A stretch of DNA of 64,000 nucleotides from positions 176,490 through 240,489 of the forward strand of contig JBBDYC010000008.1 of assembly GCA_040901985.1 (NCBI GenBank). Reading direction: 5' to 3'. This document shows positions 8,212 through 17,552 of this stretch, piece by piece. A program made the translations under genes and the position numbers. The DNA is from Gemmatimonadaceae bacterium (GTDB lineage: Bacteria; Gemmatimonadota; Gemmatimonadetes; Gemmatimonadales; Gemmatimonadaceae). How positions within the stretch are numbered: the first letter of the stretch is position 1; every line of letters begins with the position of its first letter. The notes beneath the pieces are model-generated. The model was not told where the DNA came from. It made no database searches and saw only the letters and a list, made by a program, of their open reading frames with translations.

Positions 8212-10755
8212 GTGCGCGGCGGCGGTGAGCGCGGACGGATCATCGTCATCGCCCCAACGCGCGCGGCCTGCGAGACGATCGAACTCGGCTTCGGCCTCGA
8301 CATCGAGACGCTGCTCTGGACGACGCGGGGGAGTGACCTGACGGCGCTCGCCACGCGCCTTGCCGTCTCCGACGCTCGCCCGCGCGAGGGATTCGGCATC
8401 GTCGCCGGCACCGGCACCGGCAAGACCCTCGCCGTGAAGCCGATTGCCAGGGCGCTGCTGGCGACCGATGCCCTGCGCGTTGGCGTCGTGAACCGCGAGC
8501 GCGAGGCGACGCCCGAGACGCCGACGTGGAACGTCGTGATCGTCACCACGGGGATCGCGCGCCGGTGGTTCCAGGACGGCGACATCCGGCCGCACGACAC
8601 GCTCGTGGTGGACGAGATCCATCAGACCTCGGCCGAGCTCGAACTCTGCCTGGCGCTGGGCAAGCGCACGGGGTGCCGATTCATCTGGCTCTCCGCCACC
8701 GTGGACCCGAGCTTCTACGCGCGCTACCTGCACGCCGCCGAGGTGATCGAGTCGAGCGCGTTCGACCCCACGCGCGCGGCGCGGGTGGAGGTCGAGCGCA
8801 AGAAGCCGGTGGCGTTCCTCGACGACCGCTTCCTCCAGCGGGCGGTCCGCGAGCGGCGCGGGATCGGCGTCTTCCTGCCGACGCGGGCGGGGGTCGAGGA
8901 AGTCGCCTCGGACGTCGGCGCGCGCCATCCGCGGATGGCGGTCGCGTTCTACCACGGCGGCGAGCCGATCCGCGTGATCCGTCCCTTCCTCGAGGGCGAG
9001 GTGGAGAAGCCCTTCCTCCTTGCGATGACGGCGGCCGGGCAGAGCGCGCTCAACGTGCGGGGCCTCGACACGGTCGTCATAGACGACACGCGTTTTGCCA
9101 ACGTCGTCGAGCAGGGCCGCAATGTGCTGACGCGGCTGCACCTCGGCGCCAACGAGATCCTGCAGATGGCGGGGCGCGTGCACGGGCGGGTGGCCGGCGG
9201 GCGCGTCTTCATCCTCTCCGACCGCGACATCCGGTTCGACCAGCTACGGCCGACGGCGCCGGAGTTCCAGCTCGCCGGCGACTCCGAGCGCGTGGCGCTC
9301 ACCTGCGCCGCGCTCGGCGTGCGGGCCGACGAACTCGACCTCCCTGTGCCGCTCGACAAGCGCTCGTACCGCGAGGCGGTGGCCTTCCTCGAGTCGCGCG
9401 GGATCATCGAGAACGGCCGGTTGACGACCTACGGCAAGGCAGTCGAGGCGATGCCGGTGGACCGTGCCTGGGCCGAGCTGCTGGTGCACTGCGATGACGA
9501 CCTGCTGCCGGTGGTGGCGGTGATGGCGAGCGTGGAGTCGCTGCACCGGATGACGCGCGAGGACCGCGACCTGGCCGGCCTGGTCGTGGCGGGGAGCGAC
9601 CACCTCACCACGTACAACGTTTACGCCGAGGCGTACACGAAATGCGGTTTCCTCGGTGAGGTGTATGGCCTGCCGCGCCAGCTCTTCGATCCGAGCATCG
9701 AGCGGTGGGCCGAGGGACGCGGCGTGCTGGTCAAGGCGATCGAGGACTCGGCGCTGGCGATGGCGAGCATCTACCGGTCGGTCGGGCTACCGCTGCCGCA
9801 GGCGATGCCGCGGACGACGTCGGCGGTGGAGCGGCGGTTCATCGCGCTGCTCGCGCGGATCCAGCCGTTTGCGCTGGTGATTGACGAGGAGACGGCCACC
9901 GGCGACGAGGCGCGGGTCTCGAAGACGAGCGTCTGCGGGAGCTGGGGGGCGGTTGCCGGCACGCTGCGCTACTTCGCCGACAAGTTCGGCGTGCCGCGGG
10001 CGGCAATCGAGGGCACGCAAATCCCGCGCGACCTCGTGCGCGAGCACGCCACGGTCCACGCGCCGCGGCTGGTGTACGATGGCGCGCACCGGGACCGTCC
10101 GCTCGCGCTCGAGCGCCGGGTGACGTACTTCGGGTTCGAGCTGGAGCGCGAACGCACGCCGGTCTCGACGTTCCCGCCGGGGATGGAAGACGCGGCGCGG
10201 CGCACCCTCGCCGAGGCCTTGGCGCGTGGCGAGGCGCACCACGCGGCGGTGATGCGCAACCGGGCGCCGATTGACGAGGTGCGCGAGGTCTGGCGGCGCA
10301 GCGGCGGCACCACGCCGCGACTGGCGCAGGCCGAGCTCGCGGCCTGGTACGATTCCGCACTCGCCGGGGTCGCCGACCTCGACGGATTCCGCGCCGCGCC
10401 GCTCCGGTTCGACCCCGACGCGTTCGTCCCGGCGGCCGATCGCGCACGTTGGATGGCGCTCCCCGGGGCCGCCGAGGTGCGCGACCGCACCGTGACGCTG
10501 CACTACGAGGTGGAGGAGGACGCCGACGGCGCGCGCGGGGTGGTACGGCTGCAGATGCCGGAGAAGTTGGCGCGCACGCTGGTCGAGGAGGAACTCCCTG
10601 CGCTCGACCGGCCGCTGCGCTTCGCGGTCAGCCGTGGGGCGCGCGGCACCGTGAAGGGGAATTCGCTCGGCGAGGTGCAGGCGATGCTGCAGGAGCCGTT
10701 TACGCCGCAGGAGAAGCAGCGCGGACCTCAACGCGGCAAGCGGCGCCGGCGCTAG
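8212..10755 (+). CDS. DExH-box (HrpB/HrpA-like) ATP-dependent helicase with unusual motif order
   Basis: AGTGTGKT, VVDEIH, LSAT, VFLPTR, QMAGRVHGR, winged-helix-like LTTYGKAV, SDHLT. Start uncertain (GTG 8212, or non-canonical GTA 8149). Confidence 0.85.
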   Translation: MRGGGERGRIIVIAPTRAACETIELGFGLDIETLLWTTRGSDLTALATRLAVSDARPREGFGIVAGTGTGKTLAVKPIARALLATDALRVGVVNREREATPETPTWNVVIVTTGIARRWFQDGDIRPHDTLVVDEIHQTSAELELCLALGKRTGCRFIWLSATVDPSFYARYLHAAEVIESSAFDPTRAARVEVERKKPVAFLDDRFLQRAVRERRGIGVFLPTRAGVEEVASDVGARHPRMAVAFYHGGEPIRVIRPFLEGEVEKPFLLAMTAAGQSALNVRGLDTVVIDDTRFANVVEQGRNVLTRLHLGANEILQMAGRVHGRVAGGRVFILSDRDIRFDQLRPTAPEFQLAGDSERVALTCAALGVRADELDLPVPLDKRSYREAVAFLESRGIIENGRLTTYGKAVEAMPVDRAWAELLVHCDDDLLPVVAVMASVESLHRMTREDRDLAGLVVAGSDHLTTYNVYAEAYTKCGFLGEVYGLPRQLFDPSIERWAEGRGVLVKAIEDSALAMASIYRSVGLPLPQAMPRTTSAVERRFIALLARIQPFALVIDEETATGDEARVSKTSVCGSWGAVAGTLRYFADKFGVPRAAIEGTQIPRDLVREHATVHAPRLVYDGAHRDRPLALERRVTYFGFELERERTPVSTFPPGMEDAARRTLAEALARGEAHHAAVMRNRAPIDEVREVWRRSGGTTPRLAQAELAAWYDSALAGVADLDGFRAAPLRFDPDAFVPAADRARWMALPGAAEVRDRTVTLHYEVEEDADGARGVVRLQMPEKLARTLVEEELPALDRPLRFAVSRGARGTVKGNSLGEVQAMLQEPFTPQEKQRGPQRGKRRRR

Positions 10756-10765
10756 GCGAGACGGC

Positions 10766-11398
10766 TCAGCCGCGCCGCCGGGCGCGCTTGGCCTTGGCCC
10801 GATTGCCGCAACTGCGCATATCGCACCACCGGCGCGTGCGGGAGCGCGTGACGTCAATGAAGACGCGTGGACAGCGACGGTCGGCGCAGTTGTGGATCCG
10901 CACGAGTTCGCCGCGCACCAGCGTGTCCACCGCCGACTCGATGACCGGGATCACCAGTCCACTGAAGGCGTCGCCGACGGGGACGAAGCTGCGCGCATAG
11001 CCGCCGTCGGGGAGCGCCTCGACGCGCCGCGTGCCGACCGAGCGGCCGAGGACGCGGTTGATCTCCTCGAGCGCGGCCTCGCGCGCCCGTTCGCCCTGGT
11101 CGGTGCGGCCGCGCTCGGCGAGCGCGCGGAGGGCTGCGCGGACGCGTCGGGCGTCCACCAGCGCCGCCGTCGCGCCCGACGGCTGCTCGAGCGCGCGGCG
11201 CTGGAGCGCGGCGGCACGTTCGGTGTCCACCACGCGCGCCGCGGCGAGCCAGCCCACGAACCGCTCGAACGATCCGATCGTATCGTGACGGACGCCGAGG
11301 CGCGCGTCGTCGGTGTTGACGAAGTCGAGCCAGAGGCGGCCGCCGACGAAGACGAAGGGCGGCGCGCCGAACGTGGCTCGCTGACGGGGGCGCGGCAT
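10766..11398 (-). CDS. ABATE / CGNR zinc-finger protein
   Basis: GGRLWLDFVNT N-terminus and C-terminal CADRRC..FIDVTRSRTRRWCDMRSCGNRAK. Confidence 0.92.
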   Translation of the reverse strand: MPRPRQRATFGAPPFVFVGGRLWLDFVNTDDARLGVRHDTIGSFERFVGWLAAARVVDTERAAALQRRALEQPSGATAALVDARRVRAALRALAERGRTDQGERAREAALEEINRVLGRSVGTRRVEALPDGGYARSFVPVGDAFSGLVIPVIESAVDTLVRGELVRIHNCADRRCPRVFIDVTRSRTRRWCDMRSCGNRAKAKRARRRG

Positions 11399-11454
11399 CG
11401 GGCGAAGATAGCGTCGCGCGCCCCGGTCCGGCGGGACCGCTCGCCGGCGCGACG

Positions 11455-12372
11455 CTACGCCTTCGGTGGCCGCAGCACGAGGGTCGGGCGAAGTCCGGAG
11501 CGGATCAACTTGTCGGCGACGGACCCGAGGAGGAACCGCGACAGCCCACGCCCTTGCGTGGCCACGGCAATGCAGTCGGGGTCCGTTTCCTTGATGTGGT
11601 CGAGCACGGCGCGGGTCGGCGAGAGCTCCACGCGCACGGTGGCGTGGGTGATCAGGCCGGCCGCCTCGAGCTCGCGTGCCACGACATCGAGTTCCGCCTT
11701 GGCCCGCGCCGCCGAGATGTCCACGCCGTACGGGTCGGGCGTGTCGGCGGCGAGCGCCGAGACGACATCGCCCGGCACATAGGGCGAGATGGCGCGCACG
11801 AGGTCCACCTGTGCGCCGAAGAGGACGGCGAGGGCGCGGGCGACGGGGAGGATCGCGGCGGCGTTGTCGCTGCCGTCGAGCGTGACCATGATGCGCCGCG
11901 GCGTGAACGGGACGTCGGCGCGCGCGTCGTTGGCCGGCAGGGCGAGCACCGGACGGTGCGAATGGCGGATGACGGCATCGGTGATGGACCCGAGCCACGC
12001 CGGGGCGAAGCCGCCGGCGCCGTGGGTGGTCATCACAATCAGGTCGGCAGCGATTTCGTCGGCGACCTGCGTGATCAGTCCCGCCGGGCTCCCGTCCTCG
12101 ACGTGGGCGGTCACGGGGAGTCCCCCGTCGGCGCCGAGTCGCGACGCCCGCGCCGTCAGGTACTGCCGTGCCCGCTCGCGCAGGGAATCGTCGGCGCGCA
12201 GCATATCCTGCGTCATGATGCCCTCGGCGGTGGCGCCGACGATGGCGAGCGGGGTGTGCGCCCGGACAAGGTGAACCGCTCCCTCGGCGCGACGGGCGAT
12301 GTCGAGGGCGATCGGCAGCGCACGCTCGGCGAGCGATGAGCCATCAAGCGGGACGAGGACGGTCTTGAGCAT
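11455..12372 (-). CDS. universal stress protein (tandem UspA domains)
   Basis: VLVPLDGS...MTTHGAGG...LGSITDAVIR and IMVTLDGS...ATQGRG...LLGSVADKLIR. Confidence 0.93.
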   Translation of the reverse strand: MLKTVLVPLDGSSLAERALPIALDIARRAEGAVHLVRAHTPLAIVGATAEGIMTQDMLRADDSLRERARQYLTARASRLGADGGLPVTAHVEDGSPAGLITQVADEIAADLIVMTTHGAGGFAPAWLGSITDAVIRHSHRPVLALPANDARADVPFTPRRIMVTLDGSDNAAAILPVARALAVLFGAQVDLVRAISPYVPGDVVSALAADTPDPYGVDISAARAKAELDVVARELEAAGLITHATVRVELSPTRAVLDHIKETDPDCIAVATQGRGLSRFLLGSVADKLIRSGLRPTLVLRPPKA

Positions 12373-12445
12373 CTGAACCTCCGGGCGGGAATGCGGGGCG
12401 GGGTGACCGTGGCCCGCCCCACCATGGTACCATTCTAGCCCGGCG

Positions 12446-12925
12446 ATGGCCGTCGGTGATACTCCCCACCCCTTGTCAGGTGACCCCTCAGTGAGCGTGC
12501 CCGGCCCACTCCCCTACCGTGTGCAGGAACGTGTGCGCTGGAGCGACTGCGACCCGCTCGGCATCATCTACTACGGCGCCTTCATCCGGTTCTTCGAGGC
12601 GGCCGAGCACGAGATGTTCCGGGCGGCGGGGCTGCCCTACGAGGTGATGCGCGTCCAGCGCCACGTCCAGCTGCCGCGCAAGGCGTTCGCGATGGAGTTC
12701 CACTCGCCGGCGCAGATGGATGAGCTGCTCGATGTCGAGGTCGGCGTGACGCGCATCGGCGAGACGTCCATCACGATGCGCTTCGAGGCCTACCGGGCAT
12801 CGGACCGCGCACACCGGGCGACGGCCACGCTGACCGTCGTCTGCGTCGAGAAGGAGTCCATCACGAAGCGGCCGCTGCCGGACTTCGTGAAGGAGGCGCT
12901 CAGGGCGTACCTGGTCCCGGCGTGA
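12446..12925 (+). CDS. acyl-CoA thioesterase (YbgC/4HBT hotdog family)
   Basis: RVRWSDCDPLGIIYYGAFIRFFEAA motif. Start may be GTG 12491. Confidence 0.88.
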   Translation: MAVGDTPHPLSGDPSVSVPGPLPYRVQERVRWSDCDPLGIIYYGAFIRFFEAAEHEMFRAAGLPYEVMRVQRHVQLPRKAFAMEFHSPAQMDELLDVEVGVTRIGETSITMRFEAYRASDRAHRATATLTVVCVEKESITKRPLPDFVKEALRAYLVPA

Positions 12926-14378
12926 CCGGTGTGCCGACGCCTGGCGTGAGGGAGCGGCTGTTGGCCTCCATCGCGCGGCTCACGCGCCGCTGCAGCCGCT
13001 GGAGCCCGTCGTAGGCGGCGTACTTGAAGGCGTCGCTGAGGGTCGGATAGTTGAAGACGCTCTGGATGAAATAGTCGAGTGTGCCCTCGAACTGGAGCAC
13101 CGCGGCGGGGATGTGGATCAGCTCGCAGGCGCCCTCGCCCATCACGCTGGCGCCGACCAGGCGTTGGTCGCCGACCCGAAAGATGAGCTTCACGAACCCC
13201 TCCGTGTCGCCGATGATCTGGCCGCGCGGGTTGCCGCGGAACGACGCCTTTCCCACCTCGACCTTGAGTCCCTTGGCGCGTGCCTCGTCCTCGCCGAGGC
13301 CGACGGTGGCGATCTCGGGGACGGTCCAGACACCGTACGGCAGGATTGTCGAGACCTGCGTCTTATAGCGGAGGTCGAAGGCGTGGCACATCGCCACCCG
13401 CCCCTGTTCCATCCCGGTGCTGGCGAGGGCGGGAAAGCCGACGACGTCGCCGGCGGCGTAGATGTGCGGCGTGGAGGTGGTGTAGTTGGCGTCCACGGTG
13501 ACGAAGCCGCGTGCGTTGGCCTTCACGCCGGCCGCCTCGAGCCCGAGATCGCCGGTATTTCCCTCGCGGCCGGCGCAGTAGAGCACGCAGTCGGCGGCGA
13601 GCTCGCGGCCGTCGCCGAGGACGACGGTCGCCACGTCACCGTCGACCCGGACCCCGCTGACCGCCGCGTCGAGCACCACCTGGACGCCGAGCCGGCGGGT
13701 CATCTCGTTGCGGAGGGCGTCGGAGAGGTCGGCGTCGAGCTGCATCAGCAGCCGCTCCCGGCTGTTGATCAGCGTGACCCGCACGCCGAGCGCGGCGAAG
13801 ATGCCGGCGTACTCGCAGCCAATCACGCCGCCGCCGATCACGACCAGCCGCCGCGGGATGGCGGTCAGCGAGAGGACGTCGTCGCTGTCCACGACGATTC
13901 GGCCGTCGAACGGGATCTCCGGCGGATGCGACGGGCGCGATCCGGTCGCGAGCAGGAAGACGTCGGCGGTGATGCGGCGCTCGGGCTGCTTGTAGCGGGC
14001 GACCTCCACGGTGTGGGGATCCACGAACCGCGCCGCGCCCTGCACCCGGGCGATGCCGTGCCGCTCGAGATTCTGCTCGATCATCAGCCAGGCCTGCTCG
14101 ACCACCGCGCGCTCCCGGTGCATGAAGTCGCCGATCGTGATGTCGGCCTTCACCCGGTACTCGACGCCGTAGAGCCCGCGCTGGCGGAGGCCGCTCAGGT
14201 ACAGCGCCGTCTCGCGCAGGGTCTTCGAGGGGATCGTGCCGGTGTTGACCGCGGCGCCGCCCGGCTTGGGGGCGCGTTCGATCAGGCAGACGGACTTGCC
14301 GAAATAGGCGACCTGGGCGGCGCCCTTCTCGCCAGCCGGTCCGCTTCCGATCACGCAGAGGTCGTAGTGCTCGGCCAT
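12900..14378 (-). CDS. sthA: soluble Si-specific NAD(P)+ transhydrogenase
   Basis: GSGPAGE, GGAAVNTGTIPSKTLRE (no redox disulfide), IYAAGDVVGFPALASTGMEQGR, FNYPTLS. Confidence 0.92.
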   Translation of the reverse strand: MAEHYDLCVIGSGPAGEKGAAQVAYFGKSVCLIERAPKPGGAAVNTGTIPSKTLRETALYLSGLRQRGLYGVEYRVKADITIGDFMHRERAVVEQAWLMIEQNLERHGIARVQGAARFVDPHTVEVARYKQPERRITADVFLLATGSRPSHPPEIPFDGRIVVDSDDVLSLTAIPRRLVVIGGGVIGCEYAGIFAALGVRVTLINSRERLLMQLDADLSDALRNEMTRRLGVQVVLDAAVSGVRVDGDVATVVLGDGRELAADCVLYCAGREGNTGDLGLEAAGVKANARGFVTVDANYTTSTPHIYAAGDVVGFPALASTGMEQGRVAMCHAFDLRYKTQVSTILPYGVWTVPEIATVGLGEDEARAKGLKVEVGKASFRGNPRGQIIGDTEGFVKLIFRVGDQRLVGASVMGEGACELIHIPAAVLQFEGTLDYFIQSVFNYPTLSDAFKYAAYDGLQRLQRRVSRAMEANSRSLTPGVGTPVTPGPGTP

Positions 14379-14449
14379 AGCGCGAAAAAGTAGGGCCCGC
14401 GACGCCGGAGCGCGAGGCGGTCGCCCCCCCATCGCCTTATCTTTCCCGG

Positions 14450-15658
14450 ATGACGCCCGAGTCCACGTACTTCCGGAAGGGGTTCGGCCTGAAGGCCGAG
14501 GTGCAGGAGACCCTGACCACCGACTACGACGGCCAGCTCGTGGACCTCCTCCTCGCGCGGGACCACACGCTCGAGGCGGGGCCGGTCACGATCCGGCTGG
14601 CCAAGGAGTTCGGCTTCTGCTACGGCGTCGAACGGGCGGTGGAGTACGCCTACCAGACGCGGGCCAAGTTCCCCGACAGGCGGATCTACCTGGCCGGCGA
14701 GATCATCCACAATCCGCACGTGAATGCCAAGCTGCGCGAGATGGGGATCATCTTCCTCGCGCCAAGCGACACGGGGTTCGACTACACCGCCGTGCAGCCG
14801 GAGGACGTGGTGATCCTGCCGGCGTTCGGCGTGACGATCCACGACTTCGAGACGCTGCGCGCCAAGGGGTGCGTGATGGTGGACACGACCTGCGGATCGG
14901 TCCTCAATGTCTGGAAGCGCGTCGAGGCGTACGCCCGTGACGGGTTCACCTCGCTGATCCACGGCAAGTACTACCACGAGGAGACCCGGGCGACGGCGTC
15001 GCAGGTGGAGAAGCATCCCGACGGCACCTACCTCGTGGTGCGGGACATGGCACAGGCCGAGGACGTGATGGCGTACCTCGAGGGGCGCGGCGACCGCACG
15101 GCCTTCCTGGCGAAGTACGCGCACGCGGCGAGTCCGCATTTTGACCCCGAAGTGCACCTGCGGCGGATCGGCGTCGCCAACCAGACGACGATGCTGGCGC
15201 GCGAGTCGCTGGCGATCGGCGAGGCGATCGGTGCGGCGATGGAGCGCACCCACGGGGCGGAACACCGCGCGGCGAACTTCCGGACCTTCGACACGATCTG
15301 CAGCGCGACGCAGGACCGGCAGGACGCGGTGAACGCGTTGCTCACGGAGCCACTCGACGTGATGCTGGTGATCGGGGGCTACAACTCGAGCAACACGATC
15401 TCGCTGGCGGCGCTCTGCGCCGAGCGCGTGCGGACCTTCCACGTCGAGGATGCGGCGGGGATCGATCCGGCGCGGGGCGTCGTGCGGCACCGCGACCTCG
15501 CCACGGCCACGGAGGTCGAGACCGCCGATTGGATCGCGGCGCCGGGTCCGATCCGGATCGGCATCACCGCCGGGGCGAGCACGCCGAACAACAAGATCGG
15601 CGAGGCGGTGGCGCGGGTGCTGATGACGCGCGGCGTGGACTTGGCCGCAATCGTCTGA
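14450..15658 (+). CDS. ispH: 4-hydroxy-3-methylbut-2-enyl diphosphate reductase
   Basis: FGFCYGVERA, EIIHN, VDTTC, HEET, NQTT, TICSATQDRQ, GGYNSSNT, TAGASTP. Confidence 0.96.
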   Translation: MTPESTYFRKGFGLKAEVQETLTTDYDGQLVDLLLARDHTLEAGPVTIRLAKEFGFCYGVERAVEYAYQTRAKFPDRRIYLAGEIIHNPHVNAKLREMGIIFLAPSDTGFDYTAVQPEDVVILPAFGVTIHDFETLRAKGCVMVDTTCGSVLNVWKRVEAYARDGFTSLIHGKYYHEETRATASQVEKHPDGTYLVVRDMAQAEDVMAYLEGRGDRTAFLAKYAHAASPHFDPEVHLRRIGVANQTTMLARESLAIGEAIGAAMERTHGAEHRAANFRTFDTICSATQDRQDAVNALLTEPLDVMLVIGGYNSSNTISLAALCAERVRTFHVEDAAGIDPARGVVRHRDLATATEVETADWIAAPGPIRIGITAGASTPNNKIGEAVARVLMTRGVDLAAIV

Positions 15659-15684
15659 GCGCGCGCCCTGCGGATGTCCCACGC

Positions 15685-16656
15685 GTGAGCCGGCCGGCGA
15701 GCGAGACCCACGGTTTCATCGCCCTCGAGGGGGGCGATTCGCGGATTGAGGTCGTGCCATCGCTCGGCGGGCGCGTGCGGTCACTGCACCTGTTCGGCCG
15801 CGAGTGGCTCCTTGAGGGGGATGCGGCGAGCCATCCGCGCGCCGGCCGCTCGCCGCTCGCCGCCGCCGGCTGGGACGAGTGCGCACCGTCGCTCGGCGGC
15901 GGGGCGATGCCCGACTGGGTGAAGGGCGTTGGTGGGCGCGCACTGACGATCGGCGGCGAGGCGCGGCTCCAGGTGCCGGAGACCCGGCTGCACACCGAGC
16001 CAGACGGCCATCACCTCACCTGCATCTGGCGTGGCGAGCGGATGCCGTGGGTGCTGAGCCGGACGCTGCTCGTGCGGCCGGATGGCGCGGTCGAGGCGCG
16101 TTACGAGGCGCTGACGACGGGCCCCGACCGCCTTCCGTTCCTGTGGAGCGCGCAGTTGCTCTTTGCCCTGACCGCGCGGACGCGCCTACGGTTGCCCGAC
16201 GGCGGCCGCCTCCGAATCGCCTCGCTGGCGGGCGCGACGATGGAGGGCGAGGTGATGGAGGGCGAGGGGACGTGGCCCCGCCTGCGTCTCGACGGGAAGT
16301 CCCGCGACCTCTCGACGCCCTGGGCGGTGCCGCGGCGGACGCAACTGAATGCGTGGCTCGACCTTCCCAGCGCGCGCTCGGTGATCCAGCTCTGGCAGGA
16401 CGACGCGCGGCTCACGTTGAGCACCGACGGCGCCGGCGTTCCCTACTGCGGCGTGATGATTGACCGCAGCGGGGCTCAGCGGACGCGTGAGCGGACGCTG
16501 GCCTTCCGCCGCGCGGCGGTGCCGACGCTCGCGCTCACGCCGTCGCTTGGCGCGCCGGACCGCTACAGCGAGGCGCTGGGCGCCTGGCAGTCAATGACCT
16601 GGCTCGTTCCGGGCGAACCGCGGCGCTGGACGATGGCGATCCGCGCCGGCACGTGA
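15685..16656 (+). CDS. galactose mutarotase/aldose epimerase-like fold protein, catalytic residues apparently lost
   Basis: IEVVPSLGGRVRSL...GREWL, GWDECAPS, PFLWSAQ, LALTPSLGAPD. Confidence 0.65.
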   Translation: MSRPASETHGFIALEGGDSRIEVVPSLGGRVRSLHLFGREWLLEGDAASHPRAGRSPLAAAGWDECAPSLGGGAMPDWVKGVGGRALTIGGEARLQVPETRLHTEPDGHHLTCIWRGERMPWVLSRTLLVRPDGAVEARYEALTTGPDRLPFLWSAQLLFALTARTRLRLPDGGRLRIASLAGATMEGEVMEGEGTWPRLRLDGKSRDLSTPWAVPRRTQLNAWLDLPSARSVIQLWQDDARLTLSTDGAGVPYCGVMIDRSGAQRTRERTLAFRRAAVPTLALTPSLGAPDRYSEALGAWQSMTWLVPGEPRRWTMAIRAGT

Positions 16657-17552
16657 GCCCCGTGGCGTCAGCGCTCGACCGGCTACTTGAGGGACTCGTG
16701 GACTACGCCGGGCTCTTTCCGCCGGCCGCGCTGGCGATGCCCGACGCGGTGCGCCGCTACGCCGCGTACCGCGCCGCCACACATCGCGCGCTTCTCGCGC
16801 GCTTCGTCGTGCCCGTCGCGCGGCTGGACGAGTTCGTGGCGGCGGCGCGCGGGGCCGGTCAGTCGCCGGCCGCCGGGCCGTGGCCGCTCGCCGTCCTCGC
16901 AGCGGTACCCGATGCGCCCACGCTCGACGCGTTCCGTGCCGCCCACGGCGCGCGATGGCGGATTGACACCGTCGAGGCCAAGGCGTCCGACACGGCGACG
17001 ATTGCCGCGCTGGCCGACGCGATCGGTTCCCGGTACACGACCTACGTCGAGATCCCGGTGCACGACGACCCGTCGGCCCTCGTGGCGGAGCTGGCCGCCC
17101 GTGGACTCCGTGCCAAGCTCCGCACCGGCGGCGTGTCGGCCGACGCCTTTCCGACGCCGACCGAGGTCGCGCGGTTCCTCGACGCGTGCCAGCGGCTCGG
17201 CGTGGCGTTCAAGGCGACGGCGGGACTCCACCACCCGTTGCGCGGCGAGTACGCGCTGACCTACGACGCGGCGAGCGCGCGCGGGACGATGTATGGTTTC
17301 CTCAACGTCTTCCTCGCCGCCGTCCTGCTGTACGCCGGTCACGATGTCGGGGTCGTGGCGCCGCTGCTGGAGGAGCGCGACGCCACCGCCATCGCCATCA
17401 CGCCGGAGGCAATCATTTGGCGCGGACTGCGCGCCGACGCCGCAGTGATCGCGGCGGCGCGCGAGCGGTTCGCCGGTTCGTTCGGCTCCTGTTCGTTCGA
17501 GGAGCCGGTGCAGGACCTCGCTGCCCTGACCCTTCTTCCCCCGCCGCGATGA
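16653..17552 (+). CDS. conserved hypothetical protein translationally coupled to fahA
   Basis: LVDYAGLFPPA, AKLRTGG, FKATAGLHHP, YGFLNV, SFGSCSFEEP. 4-nt overlaps on both sides. Confidence 0.8.
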   Translation: MSPVASALDRLLEGLVDYAGLFPPAALAMPDAVRRYAAYRAATHRALLARFVVPVARLDEFVAAARGAGQSPAAGPWPLAVLAAVPDAPTLDAFRAAHGARWRIDTVEAKASDTATIAALADAIGSRYTTYVEIPVHDDPSALVAELAARGLRAKLRTGGVSADAFPTPTEVARFLDACQRLGVAFKATAGLHHPLRGEYALTYDAASARGTMYGFLNVFLAAVLLYAGHDVGVVAPLLEERDATAIAITPEAIIWRGLRADAAVIAAARERFAGSFGSCSFEEPVQDLAALTLLPPPR

